Below, one piece after another: positions 48,239 through 59,537 of a stretch of 64,000 bases of DNA. The notes under the pieces were generated by a model. It worked only from the letters and a program-made list of their open reading frames with translations, was not told the origin of the DNA and made no database searches. The translations under genes were made by a program, and so were the position numbers. Every line of letters starts with the position of its first letter. The stretch's first letter is position 1. The stretch is from Candidatus Omnitrophota bacterium (GTDB taxonomy: Bacteria > Omnitrophota > Gorgyraeia > Zapsychrales > Fredricksoniimonadaceae), in NCBI GenBank assembly GCA_028865345.1, contig JAGWKL010000004.1:8457-72456 (forward strand). Reading direction: 5' to 3'.

Positions 48239-49930
48239 TCAGCCAAAGGTAAATGCGTAAACTTTTGTTCCCGCATCCGGAAATTCCAGGCGCAGGGTGT
48301 GGACTTCGACGCCGGGAAAACCGACTACCTTATACAGACGCTGGGTGTCCAAAATGATGTCCGCCGCCGGCTTGCCGTCCACAAATACCTTGATCCTGTC
48401 CCCTGCATGCACCGGGCCTGCCACCAGAAATACCTTGCCGGCTTTAACTTTAAATTCCAGAGCAGCGCCTGGACCTGCCTTGGCCCATTGGGGCTCAACG
48501 TCCCATGTCCCCTGATATGCGAAATGATTAAGCGGAATCTCCGCCGGCAAACTGTAAACGTAATCCCCCGCAACGATTTTTTCCGGCGACACAAAACGTT
48601 CCATGCGGCGACGGCCCAAATAAGTCTCCGGGGTGCGTTCAAACTGCGGCGTCCGGTCCTTGACCGAAACCAACGGCCCTTCAACGGGATGCCCGTTTTC
48701 TTTTAAAAGGACGCGTATCGCTTCTTGTGTGCGGTCATAATGGCCCTCACCGAAATGGACATACCGGATTTGTCCTTGGGCATCTATCAAATATTCGGCA
48801 GGCCAATATTCGTTCTGATAAGCTTGCCACGTCTTATAATCGTTGTCCTGGGCCACGGGATATGTAATGCCGAATTGTTTAATGGCGTTGGCCACATTTT
48901 GGGTCTTGTGTTCAAAAGCAAATTCAGGCGTATGCACCCCGACGATCACCAGCCCGTCGTTTTTATACCGTTTATACCAGGCGGTCAAGTGCGGCAGGGT
49001 GCGCACGCAATTGATGCAGCTATACGTCCAAAAGTCGATTAACACCACCTTGCCCCGCAAGGCCTGCATGGTCAGACGGGCCGGGACATTGAGCCAATGG
49101 CTGATGCCTGCAAAATCCGGGGCCAGCCCGTCTTCGGAGAGCAATTTCTTGTCGCTTTCACTGGCGGTCTTGCTGCGCCCGGCCAGAAGGCCGAGTTGCT
49201 TTTGCAGACGGCTGTCGTTTTCAAACCGGCCTAAGAACCTGCTGTAACCCGGAAAATGATTGAGGACACGGGCCTGAAGCACCTGGGCGTAATTGGTATA
49301 AATCAAGACGGCGGTGATGATCATCACCAGGCCGAAGGCCTGTTGAATTCGGCCGGTGTATTTATTGACCGCGCGCATCTTTTGAAACAGGCCGGCACTC
49401 AATGAAGAAAAAATAAACAGCGGGATCCCCAGCCCCAGGACATAGGCGAGGGTGACAGCCACCACCCTGGCATTGACGGCTTGCGTCGCCGACAAGGCGG
49501 CCACCGTCGCTAAAATAGGGCCTGCGCAGGGCGCCCATACCAGGCCTAATGAAAATCCCGTAACCAATCCCGCCGACAAACCGCTGCCTTCCTTTTTAAA
49601 GCGTGATTGCAGAGGCCCCAGGACATGGTTGACAAGGACTTCGAACCTTGCCCCCAATGGCGGCAAGAGCATGGAGAGGCCCAATAAAACGATAATGACA
49701 ACGGCCGCAAGCCGCAGGCTGTTGGGGTCGAAAGGAAAAATTTTGATGACATAAGAAATAAAGAGCGTGAAGATCGTAAAACTTGTCATCACGCCCAAGG
49801 TAAGCCCAAGCGCTCTTCGCCTTCCCCCACCGCTGGAGGCGGAAAAGACTATGGGCAAGAGCGGCCAAATGCAGGGCGCCAAGATCGTGATCAATCCGGC
49901 CAAAAAAGAAAATACTAAAAGCGTTGCCAT
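48239..49930 (-). CDS. dipZ: Cytochrome c biogenesis / thiol-disulfide protein DipZ
   Basis: CcdA-like TM domain (PCIWP, WAPCAGP), thioredoxin-like FWTYSCINC, HTPEFAFE, C-terminal YAFTFG. Confidence 0.92.
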   Translation of the reverse strand: MATLLVFSFLAGLITILAPCIWPLLPIVFSASSGGGRRRALGLTLGVMTSFTIFTLFISYVIKIFPFDPNSLRLAAVVIIVLLGLSMLLPPLGARFEVLVNHVLGPLQSRFKKEGSGLSAGLVTGFSLGLVWAPCAGPILATVAALSATQAVNARVVAVTLAYVLGLGIPLFIFSSLSAGLFQKMRAVNKYTGRIQQAFGLVMIITAVLIYTNYAQVLQARVLNHFPGYSRFLGRFENDSRLQKQLGLLAGRSKTASESDKKLLSEDGLAPDFAGISHWLNVPARLTMQALRGKVVLIDFWTYSCINCVRTLPHLTAWYKRYKNDGLVIVGVHTPEFAFEHKTQNVANAIKQFGITYPVAQDNDYKTWQAYQNEYWPAEYLIDAQGQIRYVHFGEGHYDRTQEAIRVLLKENGHPVEGPLVSVKDRTPQFERTPETYLGRRRMERFVSPEKIVAGDYVYSLPAEIPLNHFAYQGTWDVEPQWAKAGPGAALEFKVKAGKVFLVAGPVHAGDRIKVFVDGKPAADIILDTQRLYKVVGFPGVEVHTLRLEFPDAGTKVYAFTFG

Positions 49931-50790
49931 TACCCTCCCGTGGCAAAACCCGGATATAAGGTCATGCCTCCGTCGGCAAAGATCGTCGTGCCTGTGACAT
50001 AATCGGCATAATCAGAGGCCAGCCATACCGCCACCCGGGCGATGTCTTCCGGCTCGCCCACCCGCTGATAAGGGATCAGGGTCAGGAGCTCTTTCTCCGC
50101 TTCGGGTGTTGCCCACGCGCTGTGGTTGATGGGCGTCTTGATGGCCCCGGGCCCGATGCTGTTGACCCGGATGCGGAAAGGGGCGACTTCCTGGGCGATA
50201 CTCTTCATCAAAAGCATGACCCCCCCTTTGGATGAAGCATAATTGACATGCCCGGCCCAGGGAATGACTTCATGCACGGAACTCATGCAAATGATTTTAC
50301 CTGCGGCACAGGACACCTCCGGCACCACCCCCCGCCTTTTGAATTCTTTGACCGCTTCACGGGCGCAAAGGAACTGGCCGGTCAAATTGACGCCGATGAC
50401 CGCCTCCCACTGCGCCAGGGTCATCTGATCAAGAGGCGCGTCCCGTTGTATGCCGGCGTTGTTGACCAAAATATCGATGGTGCCGAAGGCCTTCAACATG
50501 GTCTCATACATTGCTTTAACCTCATCCTCTTTGGAAACATCCGCTTTGATGCCGATGGCGTCGCTGCCGTGGGACTTGATTTCCTTGATCATCCGGTCGA
50601 CCGTGCCGTCATCGACAACATAATTGATGGCGACCGAGGCCCCGGCCTTGGCCAACCCTAACGCCACCGCCTTGCCGATACCGGAATTGGCACCGGTGAC
50701 AAGCGCCTTTTGGCCTTTGAGGATCTTTCCCGGTTCAACGCAGGGCATATGCGGTTTGGGGTAATGATTTTTGTAAATTTCACGGACCAT
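49930..50790 (-). CDS. SDR, glucose 1-dehydrogenase-like
   Basis: TGANSGIG, NNAG, SSVHE.IPW, YASSK; start ATG 50790 with GGAGG RBS. Confidence 0.92.
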   Translation of the reverse strand: MVREIYKNHYPKPHMPCVEPGKILKGQKALVTGANSGIGKAVALGLAKAGASVAINYVVDDGTVDRMIKEIKSHGSDAIGIKADVSKEDEVKAMYETMLKAFGTIDILVNNAGIQRDAPLDQMTLAQWEAVIGVNLTGQFLCAREAVKEFKRRGVVPEVSCAAGKIICMSSVHEVIPWAGHVNYASSKGGVMLLMKSIAQEVAPFRIRVNSIGPGAIKTPINHSAWATPEAEKELLTLIPYQRVGEPEDIARVAVWLASDYADYVTGTTIFADGGMTLYPGFATGG

Positions 50791-50812
50791 AATGAGACCT
50801 CCTTGAAAGAGA

Positions 50813-53461
50813 TTATTCAAATCCTTTATACTCTGCCTGCTGCTGGATGAGTTTGGCCACCAGCGCCGTCCATCCGGCCTGGTGCGAGGCGCCCAATCCT
50901 GCGCCGTTATTCCCGTTAAAATATTCAAAAAACAAAAGATGGTCTTTCCAATAAGGGTCTTTCTGAAATTTCTCGACGCTACCGTACATCGGACGGCGGC
51001 CCTGGGCATCAGGAACAAAAATATTGACGAGCCGGCGAGAAAGGTCGGAGGCGACTTCCCAGAGGTTCAAGAATTTTCCCGACCTGGCCGGGAATTCCAC
51101 CTTGAAATCATCGCCGAAATAATAATGGAATTTTTGCAGGGACTCGATCAACAGATAATTGACCGGAAACCACACGGGCCCGCGCCAGTTGGAATTGCCT
51201 CCAAACAGGCCGCTGGTAGATTCCGCGGGTTCGTAATCAACGCTGTAGGTCTGGCCATTCCATGAAAATGTGTAGGGTTTCCCGTCATAGACGCGGGACA
51301 ACGAACGCACGCCGTAAGGGCTTAAAAATTCCGCTTCATCAAGGACCCTTTGCAAAATGCGTTTGAGCTTGTCGCGGTTCACGATCGATAAAAGCCTGCG
51401 TCCTGCCTGCCCCCGCATTTCCATACAGGAGACATTGGACGTCAGATCAAGACGGTTGCGCATAAACCATTCCACGCGCTCCTTGAAATTAGGCAAAGCA
51501 TCCAGCGCCTGAGAGTCGATCGTCTCCACGGCAAACAAAGGCAGGATACCCACCATGGAACGTACTTTTAAGGAGAAATGCCTGCCGTCGGGCAGGCGCA
51601 GGACATCGTAATAGAACCCGTCTGTCTCGTCCCACAAATTGATCTGGTCAGGGCCGATACGGTTCATGGCCGCGGCAATGTAGAGAAAATGCACATAGAA
51701 TTTGCTGGCGATATCTTCATAAGAAGGGTCTCCGGGTGCCAGCTCTAATGCGATGGCCAGCATATTCAGGCAATACATGGCCATCCAGCTGGTTGAGTCC
51801 GCCTGTTCCATATGGCCGCCGGTGGGTAAAGCGCTGCGGTTAAAAACACCGATATTATCAAAGCCCAGAAATCCGCCTTGAAAGATATTGTTGCCCTCGG
51901 CGTCTTCCCGGTTGATCCACCAGGTGAAATTCATCAAAAGTTTCTGGAAAACCCGCTCCAAAAACAATTTGTCGGCCACCCCATGCCTGCGTTTGATGAT
52001 GCGGTAAACCCTCAGTGCGGCCCAGGCCTGCACCGGAGGGTTGACATCGCCAAAATTCCATTCATAGGCTGGAAGCTGGCCGTTGGGGTGCATGTACCAT
52101 TCGCGGGTGAGCTTGAGCAATTGCCGTTTGGCAAATTCACCGTCGATCATACTCAACGGGATGGTATGGAAGGCCAGGTCCCAGGAAGCAAACCACGGGT
52201 ATTCCCAATTGTCCGGCATGGCGATCACGTCCCTGCTATAGAGGTGCTGCCAGCCGCTGTTACGCCCGTATTTGCGGCTTTCCGGAGGTTTGGGCTGGGC
52301 AGGGTCCCCGTCAAGCCATTCTTCGACGACATAATGATAAAATTGCTTATTCCATAACAGGGAAGCAAAAGCCCGGCGCTGGATGTCCCGCAGGTTATCG
52401 GAAAGTCCAAAAGGACAGGCCTGGCGGTAGAATTCATCCGCTTCTTTTTGACGAAGGCCGAAGACCTCGTCGAAGGCCTTGCCCAGCGCTTCCTTGATGG
52501 TGCCGGTATCGGCCAGGCGCAGGCGGATGCTCCGGGTTTCGCCCGCCGGTATTTTTAAAATATAATGGACGGACATTTTCGTCCCGGTTTGCGCAGGGTT
52601 GACCGTGTCCTTGCGGCCGGACACCACATATTCATTGATACCGTCTTTGACATAAGAGCCGGCGTTGGGCACGCCGAACACTTTCTGAGTGTCGGTGTCA
52701 TTGTCCGTAAAAAGCAGCTCTCCCCCGTCTTGGACATAGAGAAAATAATCGCCCAACTGGGGATGGGAAGCTTTAATGATGTTCGGCGGCATGACGGACA
52801 GGGAAGGCTTGGGGCTGTTGTCCCAGCTCCAGGTATTGCGGAACCACAGCGTCGGTAAAAGATGAAGGACCGCCTCCTGCCCGCCGCGGTTGACTGCTGT
52901 GATGCGCATCAAAAAGTCTTCCGGGGCATTTTTGGCATACTCGGTCGTGATATCGAAATAACGGTCATCGTCAAAAGCACCGGTGTCCAAAAGTTCGTAT
53001 TCCGGCGCCTGGCGGTTGCGCCTGGCATTTTCATCCAATAATCCCTGATAGGGAAAAGCCTTTTGCGGATATTTATACAGGTGCTTCATGTAGGAATGGG
53101 TGGGCGTATTATCGAGATAGAAATAATACTCCTTCACATCCTCACCGTGGTTACCTTGCTTGCCGCTCAGGCCGTAGAGCCGCTCTTTCAGGAACGGATC
53201 AGCGCCGTTCCAAAAGGCCGGGGCCAGGCACAGCAGCTGGTTATAATCGCAAATACCGGCGATACCGTCTTCACCCCACCGGTAAGCGCGCATGCGGGCA
53301 TGCTCAAAAGTAAAAGATTCCCAGGCGTCTCCGTCGGGACTGTAATCTTCGCGGACACTGCCCCATTGGCGCCCGGAAAGGTACGGCCCCCAATGATACC
53401 AAACGGTTTTTTGGGCGCGGTCGTCCTGCAAACGTTGTTCTTCTGCGGTCAATTCAGGCAT
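50813..53461 (-). CDS. GH63-like glucosidase / mannosylglycerate hydrolase family
   Basis: [45 protein letters not shown]. Confidence 0.9.
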   Translation of the reverse strand: MPELTAEEQRLQDDRAQKTVWYHWGPYLSGRQWGSVREDYSPDGDAWESFTFEHARMRAYRWGEDGIAGICDYNQLLCLAPAFWNGADPFLKERLYGLSGKQGNHGEDVKEYYFYLDNTPTHSYMKHLYKYPQKAFPYQGLLDENARRNRQAPEYELLDTGAFDDDRYFDITTEYAKNAPEDFLMRITAVNRGGQEAVLHLLPTLWFRNTWSWDNSPKPSLSVMPPNIIKASHPQLGDYFLYVQDGGELLFTDNDTDTQKVFGVPNAGSYVKDGINEYVVSGRKDTVNPAQTGTKMSVHYILKIPAGETRSIRLRLADTGTIKEALGKAFDEVFGLRQKEADEFYRQACPFGLSDNLRDIQRRAFASLLWNKQFYHYVVEEWLDGDPAQPKPPESRKYGRNSGWQHLYSRDVIAMPDNWEYPWFASWDLAFHTIPLSMIDGEFAKRQLLKLTREWYMHPNGQLPAYEWNFGDVNPPVQAWAALRVYRIIKRRHGVADKLFLERVFQKLLMNFTWWINREDAEGNNIFQGGFLGFDNIGVFNRSALPTGGHMEQADSTSWMAMYCLNMLAIALELAPGDPSYEDIASKFYVHFLYIAAAMNRIGPDQINLWDETDGFYYDVLRLPDGRHFSLKVRSMVGILPLFAVETIDSQALDALPNFKERVEWFMRNRLDLTSNVSCMEMRGQAGRRLLSIVNRDKLKRILQRVLDEAEFLSPYGVRSLSRVYDGKPYTFSWNGQTYSVDYEPAESTSGLFGGNSNWRGPVWFPVNYLLIESLQKFHYYFGDDFKVEFPARSGKFLNLWEVASDLSRRLVNIFVPDAQGRRPMYGSVEKFQKDPYWKDHLLFFEYFNGNNGAGLGASHQAGWTALVAKLIQQQAEYKGFE

Positions 53462-53463
53462 AA

Positions 53464-55131
53464 TCAGTTCCTGTTGTAGACCGTCAGGGTAAACGGCAAA
53501 GGAACATAACCCATACGGCTTTGTGTTGTTTGAGGGGCCCCGAGCACCATGTGCCCGGCGTCGAATCCATGGACCAACAGGAATTGATGGACCAGGCGGG
53601 CACGTGCCTGGGCCAAGGTATTCAGCGCCCCGGTGTCCGGCGGCGCATTCTCGACCAATCGGCGTTTGATTTCCAGGTCAAGTTTCGCATCGTCGTAACG
53701 GCCTATGCCCTTTTTATATTTTTTGGCCAGGGCCCACAAGGCACGGATCCCGAAACGGCGCTGGTACAAAAGCTGGTACACGGCAGCATCGGGACGGCTT
53801 GATATTTTTCTTAATTGCTCATAATCCCTGGCAAAGACCTGCGCCTGTATCGCTTTCCAATCGGCCCGCGGATCATAGCTGCCGTCGATCTTAAGCTCAA
53901 GCTTGGGATGCGCTTTAAGCCCTTTGATGAGGGCAATCAACTTTTGTCTCTGGGAAGGGAGCAGTTTAGCCTCTCCCGGAGTAAAACGGACATAGCCTAA
54001 CTCATCCACTCCTGTTTCACCCGCGCCCAACGATGAAGCCAAAAAAGAAAACGGTTTGGTAACGAGATTGAAAAAGAAATTACGGGCGGCCTGGAAGACC
54101 AGATGAGAATATTTGAATTTCGGGTCGCTCATGTCCCCTGAGACGGGCAGGGAGATGCGCATCCTTCCATCGGGGTCCTCCAGAAGGGCGACGGCCAGGC
54201 CAAAAGGCAGGTGCAGGGCGCCCTTGCTTTCTACACGGCGGCCGAAGGCGAATTGCTGGATCAGGAGCCGGTGATCGGCGACAAGTTTATTGCCGCTGAT
54301 GCGATAGTCCATCGAAAAATCCATCTGCCCGCTTTTCAATGCACGGCCCGTATATTTACCGGTGTACGGCGTCAAGACCTTTAAGGCATAGTCATTGAGG
54401 CTGAAAGCCGCCTCCAAGTCCAACGGCTGGGCAAGCGGGATGACCGCCGCTTCCATCGAAATCCTGCCCTTATTGCCTAAATCGCAGTGGAATTTGACCC
54501 TGGCCTGCCGGTGAGGGTCTGTTGTTACATGGGTCACCAGCATTTCCATGGACCTCAAGGTCACTGAAAAATGAGGCTTAATGGTTGTATCGGTGAAATG
54601 GACCTCCCCTTGGTGCAAAGCAATGGTATCAATGATAATCTTCGGTAAGCCGGATGGTCGGGGTAATCCGCTCGCGGAAGGCTGTTTGGATTCTCCCGTA
54701 GGCCGCCGGGGCTGTGGCGGCGGCATAAGCTGCGGGGGCACCAAATCCAAAAGATTGATTTTGTTGCCGGGCAACAGTACGGCATTGACCTTTAGGCCGT
54801 CCAGCTCAAAGGCCGGCACGTGATAGATTTTCTTAAAAAGGCCGGCCAAACTTAAATTAACGGATAATTTGTCAAAACCGATCACCTGGTGATGATGATG
54901 GTCCAAAATTTCAAAACCATTCATGGTCAATTTCCACAACAAAGGATTAAATCCCACCGAACGCAGACGAACAGGTTCTTTAAGGATCTTTGTCCCCTGG
55001 TCGGGAATGACCCACCAGAGGACAAATGGAATGATGATAAAACCCGCAACCAGGTAGAATAAGAACAGCCCCGTAATTATCTTTGTAAAAGCCCTTAAAA
55101 TTTTAGACGCTGTGGGTTTGAACATAATCAA
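53464..55131 (-). CDS. DUF748 (AsmA-like) protein with OmpA-like C-terminal region
   Basis: N-terminal [14 protein letters not shown].., F.PG...L, LA.ARA..V. Confidence 0.8.
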   Translation of the reverse strand: MIMFKPTASKILRAFTKIITGLFLFYLVAGFIIIPFVLWWVIPDQGTKILKEPVRLRSVGFNPLLWKLTMNGFEILDHHHHQVIGFDKLSVNLSLAGLFKKIYHVPAFELDGLKVNAVLLPGNKINLLDLVPPQLMPPPQPRRPTGESKQPSASGLPRPSGLPKIIIDTIALHQGEVHFTDTTIKPHFSVTLRSMEMLVTHVTTDPHRQARVKFHCDLGNKGRISMEAAVIPLAQPLDLEAAFSLNDYALKVLTPYTGKYTGRALKSGQMDFSMDYRISGNKLVADHRLLIQQFAFGRRVESKGALHLPFGLAVALLEDPDGRMRISLPVSGDMSDPKFKYSHLVFQAARNFFFNLVTKPFSFLASSLGAGETGVDELGYVRFTPGEAKLLPSQRQKLIALIKGLKAHPKLELKIDGSYDPRADWKAIQAQVFARDYEQLRKISSRPDAAVYQLLYQRRFGIRALWALAKKYKKGIGRYDDAKLDLEIKRRLVENAPPDTGALNTLAQARARLVHQFLLVHGFDAGHMVLGAPQTTQSRMGYVPLPFTLTVYNRN

Positions 55132-55146
55132 CCTTCGCGGATTTCC

Positions 55147-56685
55147 CTATAATCTGCTTTTTAAATGGTCCGCCACCCTCATGGCATTGGCCATGATGGT
55201 CAACCCGGGATTGACCGCGGAACTCGAAACAAAAAAGCTCCCGTCCACAACATAAAGATTGTCCAGGTCATGGGCTTTGCAATGGATGTCCAGCGCCGAT
55301 GTCTTGGGGTCGCGCCCGAAACGCACGGTCCCCACCTGGTGGGCCGTGCCTGCGATGGGTATGTATTGGTTGAGGTATACCGACCGGTTAAAAAGGAACG
55401 GGTGGCAATTGACCTTGTTTAAAATACTTTTTAATTCGGCGGTCAGGCGCCTGTGGCCTTCCCTGTTATTAACCGTGTAACAAAGGGATATATGCCCCTG
55501 TTTATCAATGACAACGCGATTATCAGGATGCGGCAGGTCCTCAGACGTCAGCCAAAAATCAATGGCGTGATGGGCCATGTTATCAAGAATGAATTTAGGC
55601 ACGAAGGGCGGCGCGCTGCCTTTCAAAATCCACCCGTCGGTCTTGCCCAGCATTTGAATATGGCCCATGGGGAATTCCCACCGGCGCGATGCGAAATAAA
55701 AATCATTCAAGGCCAGAGTCTTCTGGAACACCGTCGGGTTGGGGCTCTTGGAAAGGGCCATGAACGCGGAATTATTGTGGCACATGTAATGGCGCCCCAC
55801 CATGTCCGAACTGTTGGCCAGGCCCCTGGGATGCTTATCATTGGCCGAACGCAATAAAAGCGCCGCGGAATTAATGGCCCCGCAGGAGACCGCCACGATA
55901 TCGGCGCTGTACTCTTCCTTCACACCATTGCGTTCGACATGCACGGTTGTGACCGTCCTGCCCGACGGGTCGCATTCCAGACGGCTGACCAAAGCCCCGG
56001 TCAAGAGCCGGACATTGGGATAGGCCATGGCTGGTCTCACGCAGATCATGTCCGCATCGGACTTGGCATGGACCAGGCAGGGAAAACCATCACAGGTCGA
56101 ACAGCGGATGCAGCGGCTCTGGGGACGGTTTTTCTCCAGAAGACGTATGCCCAAAGGCAGATGAAACGGGCGGTACCCGCACTTTTGAAGATCATCGGAA
56201 AGTTCCTGGATGCGCGGTTCATGGCTGACCGCATCAAAAGCATAGTCGGCGCCGGCGCTGCCTTCGGTGGGATCTTCGCCGTGCCTGCCGTGGACCTCAT
56301 AGAGGTGTTCGGCTTTCGTATAATACGGCTCCATGTCCTCATAGCTGATGGGCCACCCCGGTGAAATGCCCCCATGATGGCGCACCTGGCCGAAATCCGC
56401 AGGGCGCATGCGCAGCAAGGCTGCGCCGTAGAATTTGGTGTTGCCGCCGACATAATAATGGATGCCGGGACGAAAACTCCTCCCTTCCTTGTCCTTCCAC
56501 GTTTCGTCCGCGGTATATTTAGCCTGATTAAAAACGGACCGGGAATCCCAGTTGTCTTTTTCCTGCAAAAGAAAAGACCCGCGTTCCAGGATGAGGATGC
56601 GTTTACCGGTGGGGGCTAAGGCATGTGCCAGTGTGCCGCCGCCTGCCCCTGTACCTATGATGATCAGGTCATAGTGGTTGGTCAT
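55147..56685 (-). CDS. GMC family FAD oxidoreductase
   Basis: GTGAGGG, VGGNT, CxxCxxC, HQ.GT.RFG, NP.LT..ANA. Confidence 0.93.
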   Translation of the reverse strand: MTNHYDLIIIGTGAGGGTLAHALAPTGKRILILERGSFLLQEKDNWDSRSVFNQAKYTADETWKDKEGRSFRPGIHYYVGGNTKFYGAALLRMRPADFGQVRHHGGISPGWPISYEDMEPYYTKAEHLYEVHGRHGEDPTEGSAGADYAFDAVSHEPRIQELSDDLQKCGYRPFHLPLGIRLLEKNRPQSRCIRCSTCDGFPCLVHAKSDADMICVRPAMAYPNVRLLTGALVSRLECDPSGRTVTTVHVERNGVKEEYSADIVAVSCGAINSAALLLRSANDKHPRGLANSSDMVGRHYMCHNNSAFMALSKSPNPTVFQKTLALNDFYFASRRWEFPMGHIQMLGKTDGWILKGSAPPFVPKFILDNMAHHAIDFWLTSEDLPHPDNRVVIDKQGHISLCYTVNNREGHRRLTAELKSILNKVNCHPFLFNRSVYLNQYIPIAGTAHQVGTVRFGRDPKTSALDIHCKAHDLDNLYVVDGSFFVSSSAVNPGLTIMANAMRVADHLKSRL

Positions 56686-56706
56686 AGGATTGATAGGTTG
56701 CAGCTA

Positions 56707-57330
56707 TCACAGCCTATTGATAATGAGTTTATCCAGATCAAATCGGACTTTTTTTAAAGCCGCGTAATGATCGTCAATAGCCCTGTAACCGACAGTGCAA
56801 AGCACCACGGATTCAAGGCCTTGCTGCGGAAGTTCTAAAATCTCATCAAATTTCTGAGGATCAAACCCTTCCATAGGGCAGGCATCGATCTTGCGCCGGG
56901 CGCATTCCGCCAGGAACACGCCTAAAGCAATGTAAACCTGGTTTTTCATCCAATGGGAGACGGATTCGGCGCTTTTGCCGGCCAGCGTGCCCACAAGCAT
57001 CTTTTCATAATCCAGCAAAGACTCTCTTGCAACGCCGCGGGTTGTGGCGATCAGGTCCACATAGTTTCTCACGTGGCCCTCGTCCATTGTTTTTAAGGCG
57101 CAAAAAACGATAAGCGTGTCCGCATCAGTGATCTGGGACTGGCCCCAGGCATGGGGTCTTAATTTTTTTCTTAAGGCGGCGTCCTGGACGATGACAAATT
57201 TCCAGGGCTGCAGGCCGAAAGAAGACGGGGAAAACCGCAGGACTTCCAGCAGATGGGCGAAGTCCTGCCTGGGAATTTTCCTGGTAGGGTCAAATTTCTT
57301 GGTGGCATAACGCCAGCTTAAATCATTCAT
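56707..57330 (-). CDS. Nitroreductase (NfsB-like)
   Basis: WRYATKKFD, SPSSFGLQPW, CPMEGF; start ATG 57330. Confidence 0.93.
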   Translation of the reverse strand: MNDLSWRYATKKFDPTRKIPRQDFAHLLEVLRFSPSSFGLQPWKFVIVQDAALRKKLRPHAWGQSQITDADTLIVFCALKTMDEGHVRNYVDLIATTRGVARESLLDYEKMLVGTLAGKSAESVSHWMKNQVYIALGVFLAECARRKIDACPMEGFDPQKFDEILELPQQGLESVVLCTVGYRAIDDHYAALKKVRFDLDKLIINRL

Positions 57331-57339
57331 GATGTCCCT

Positions 57340-57516
57340 ACGCGGTGGGTCCTGGCTCGTCTTGATGCTCACGTGCTCCTCTGAGCGAACGGCAACCCTA
57401 TCAGCGGCCAGAAAAGCGGTTTCCCTAATTATAGATGACTTGAGCAGTTGTCGTGCGCTCGTGAACATCAATCCTCGCCACCCAACGAATACGCTGATGA
57501 GTTCGATTGGGCGAGC
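57340..57516. other. Highly structured non-coding region (candidate ncRNA, leader or palindromic element)
   Basis: Several complementary arms; see findings. Confidence 0.45.
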
Positions 57517-57518
57517 AT

Positions 57519-57555
57519 AAAAAACCCTCTGTAGCCTTTCGGCCACAGAGGGTTT
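57519..57555 (-). terminator. Intrinsic terminator of cspA
   Basis: AAACCCTCTGTGGCC-GAAA-GGCTACAGAGGGTTTTTT on minus strand. Confidence 0.85.
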
Positions 57556-57577
57556 GTAAATATAAGAAATCAAATTC

Positions 57578-57778
57578 TTATATTTTAACCACGTTTTGGG
57601 CTTGTTCACCCTTAGGGCCGGTGACAATTTCGAACTCGACGTCCTGTCCTTCGCCTAACGATCTGTAGCCGTCACCCTGAATGGCGGTGTGATGCACGAA
57701 GACATCCTTACCGTTTTCGGGAGTGATGAATCCAAAGCCTTTTTGGTCATTGAACCACTTTACTTTACCTTTTACCAT
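57578..57778 (-). CDS. cspA: Cold-shock protein
   Basis: KWFN..KGFGFI (RNP1), DVFVH (RNP2). Confidence 0.97.
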   Translation of the reverse strand: MVKGKVKWFNDQKGFGFITPENGKDVFVHHTAIQGDGYRSLGEGQDVEFEIVTGPKGEQAQNVVKI

Positions 57779-57920
57779 AAATCTTTAAAACCTCCTTTTA
57801 ATCGAACTTTAAGCTCTTCACTGACCTGTCCCCAGACTCGGGAACCTATAAAAAAACCGCCACGCGCCCAAACCTGCCAGACACATTGCGGTGCTTTCAG
57901 ATCAGAAGAACTTGGGCATT

Positions 57921-57948
57921 AGTATACATACTTTAATTGTTTTGTCAA
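57921..57948 (-). promoter_or_regulatory. cspA promoter (implies ~135 nt 5' UTR)
   Basis: TTGACA-16 nt-TATACT. Confidence 0.65.
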
Positions 57949-58682
57949 ACTAATTGTTTCTTCAAATCCCCCTTCTGATTTTTTTGACGGTACTGGCTGG
58001 GGCTCAAATCCGTCATTTTTTCGAACATGCGGATAAACGACTCCAAATTCTGATAGCCGAGCCGGTTAGCGATTTCCGTGACCGTATAATCCGATTTTCT
58101 TAGAAGTTCGCCGGCCCGGTTGATCTTGACGGAAAGCCGGTACTCATTGAAACTCTGACCGCAGATGTTTTTAAAAACACGGCTGAAATATTTCGGGCTC
58201 AAACAGATCTGCCCCGCCACATCCTTGAGCATGATTTTTTTGTCGAAATTACGGTCGATAAACTGTTTGGCCTGCTCGATCTTGGCATGAATACCGTGGG
58301 TGTAGGTGAAATCTTTCTGGACCTTTAAAGCCAGGGTGGACCGGACCGTTTCCAGGAACTTGGGGATATGGACGGGCTTTTCGATGTAATCATCGGCACG
58401 GCCTTTTAAAGCATCTATGGCGATATCTTTGCTGCTTTGCCCGGTCAGGATGATGATGGCCAGGGAAGGCCTGATCTTCTTGATCTGCCGCAGCACTTCC
58501 GTCCCGGAGATCAAAGGCATGACGGCATCCAGGATCACGAGGTCGATGGCATTGGGCTTCCTCAAAACGGACAGGGCTTCCGCACCATTGGAAGCTTCGA
58601 TGACCTTATAATCATCCAGGCAGCTCCGCAATTCCTCGCGGAACTCCGCGTCATCATCCACGATCAAAATTTGATAAGCCAT
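57945..58682 (-). CDS. Response regulator, REC + AraC HTH (YesN-like)
   Basis: ILIVDDD...KP; LSPKYFSR.FK...G.SF...IA..LGY....F.R.F. Confidence 0.93.
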   Translation of the reverse strand: MAYQILIVDDDAEFREELRSCLDDYKVIEASNGAEALSVLRKPNAIDLVILDAVMPLISGTEVLRQIKKIRPSLAIIILTGQSSKDIAIDALKGRADDYIEKPVHIPKFLETVRSTLALKVQKDFTYTHGIHAKIEQAKQFIDRNFDKKIMLKDVAGQICLSPKYFSRVFKNICGQSFNEYRLSVKINRAGELLRKSDYTVTEIANRLGYQNLESFIRMFEKMTDLSPSQYRQKNQKGDLKKQLV

Positions 58683-58861
58683 AGTCTTAAAAGGGGCGAA
58701 ACGCCGATCTTTATAGAAAAGCAGCCTTCCCTAAGTATACTTATACATTCCAAAGACACAAGAATATAAAAACAAGCACCCTTCAGCTCGTTCATACGTT
58801 TCCATTTCATGATATACCGGTTGATTAATACGAGGAAAAGTGCAGGCACGCCCATCATGCT

Positions 58862-59308
58862 CTATATCGAGGGAGCATATAATTTTTCGTATTCCTTGAT
58901 GACCTTCTCGCCCCTGTCCCCTGAAACAAATAGACGGCCCTCCAGTACCTGATGCAGGCAGGGCACCACATCCGAACAAATATATTTTTTATTGATATAT
59001 CCCCTGGCCCCGGCCTTCAGGGCCGTGAGCGCGTATTGAAGCTCATCGTAAGCAGACAGGATGACCACCGGAAGGCCCGATCCTTTATTTTTCATGAGCT
59101 CCAGCAACTCAAGGCCGCCTTCCCTGCCTTCCAGCGACATGTCGATAAGCGCAATATCGAAAAGACCCTCCTGGACGGCTTCAAGGAATTCTTTTTTTCC
59201 GCCGGCGATCCGGGCCACCGTAAACAAACCGTCTTCTTCAACGATCTCTTTCATCAATACGGGTATCAAAGGCTCGTCATCCACGATGATAATCTCCTTT
59301 TTAATCAT
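58862..59308 (-). CDS. Single-domain response regulator (NarL-type receiver without HTH)
   Basis: IIIVDDE, DMSL, LSAY, ALKAGARGYINK; start ATG 59308. Confidence 0.88.
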   Translation of the reverse strand: MIKKEIIIVDDEPLIPVLMKEIVEEDGLFTVARIAGGKKEFLEAVQEGLFDIALIDMSLEGREGGLELLELMKNKGSGLPVVILSAYDELQYALTALKAGARGYINKKYICSDVVPCLHQVLEGRLFVSGDRGEKVIKEYEKLYAPSI

Positions 59309-59467
59309 AAATCCCTTTCTTATCGTTGGGGACAGTCCCTCGCTAATATAAAAATCCCTTAACATAAGAGACTTTAAGTTTACCGGTAACTTCAAAAATG
59401 TACATGGTCTGTTTCCACTTTTTACTGCCTTTTTTCTACCTAATATTTCCCATCCGCCGCACACACC

Positions 59468-59499
59468 AAAAAGGGGACACTTAACGACGTGTCCCCTTT
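59468..59499. repeat. GGGGACAC-type palindrome (REP-like / terminator)
   Basis: AAAGGGGACAC-TTAACGAC-GTGTCCCCTTT. Confidence 0.6.
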
Positions 59500-59537
59500 C
59501 TCCAGCCGGCGGCATACCTTTTGTCTCGCCGCCTTAT

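Noticed and set aside
57345-57500. HEARO/omega-RNA, SRP, RNase P or tmRNA identity
   Set aside because: TGGCGAGG and TGCTCCTC fragments lie on opposite strands, no IscB/TnpB is nearby, and the hallmark motifs of the other RNAs are absent
57331-57627. 99-aa N-terminal extension of the nitroreductase in the ORF track
   Set aside because: Crosses the cspA end and terminator; homology starts at Met 57330
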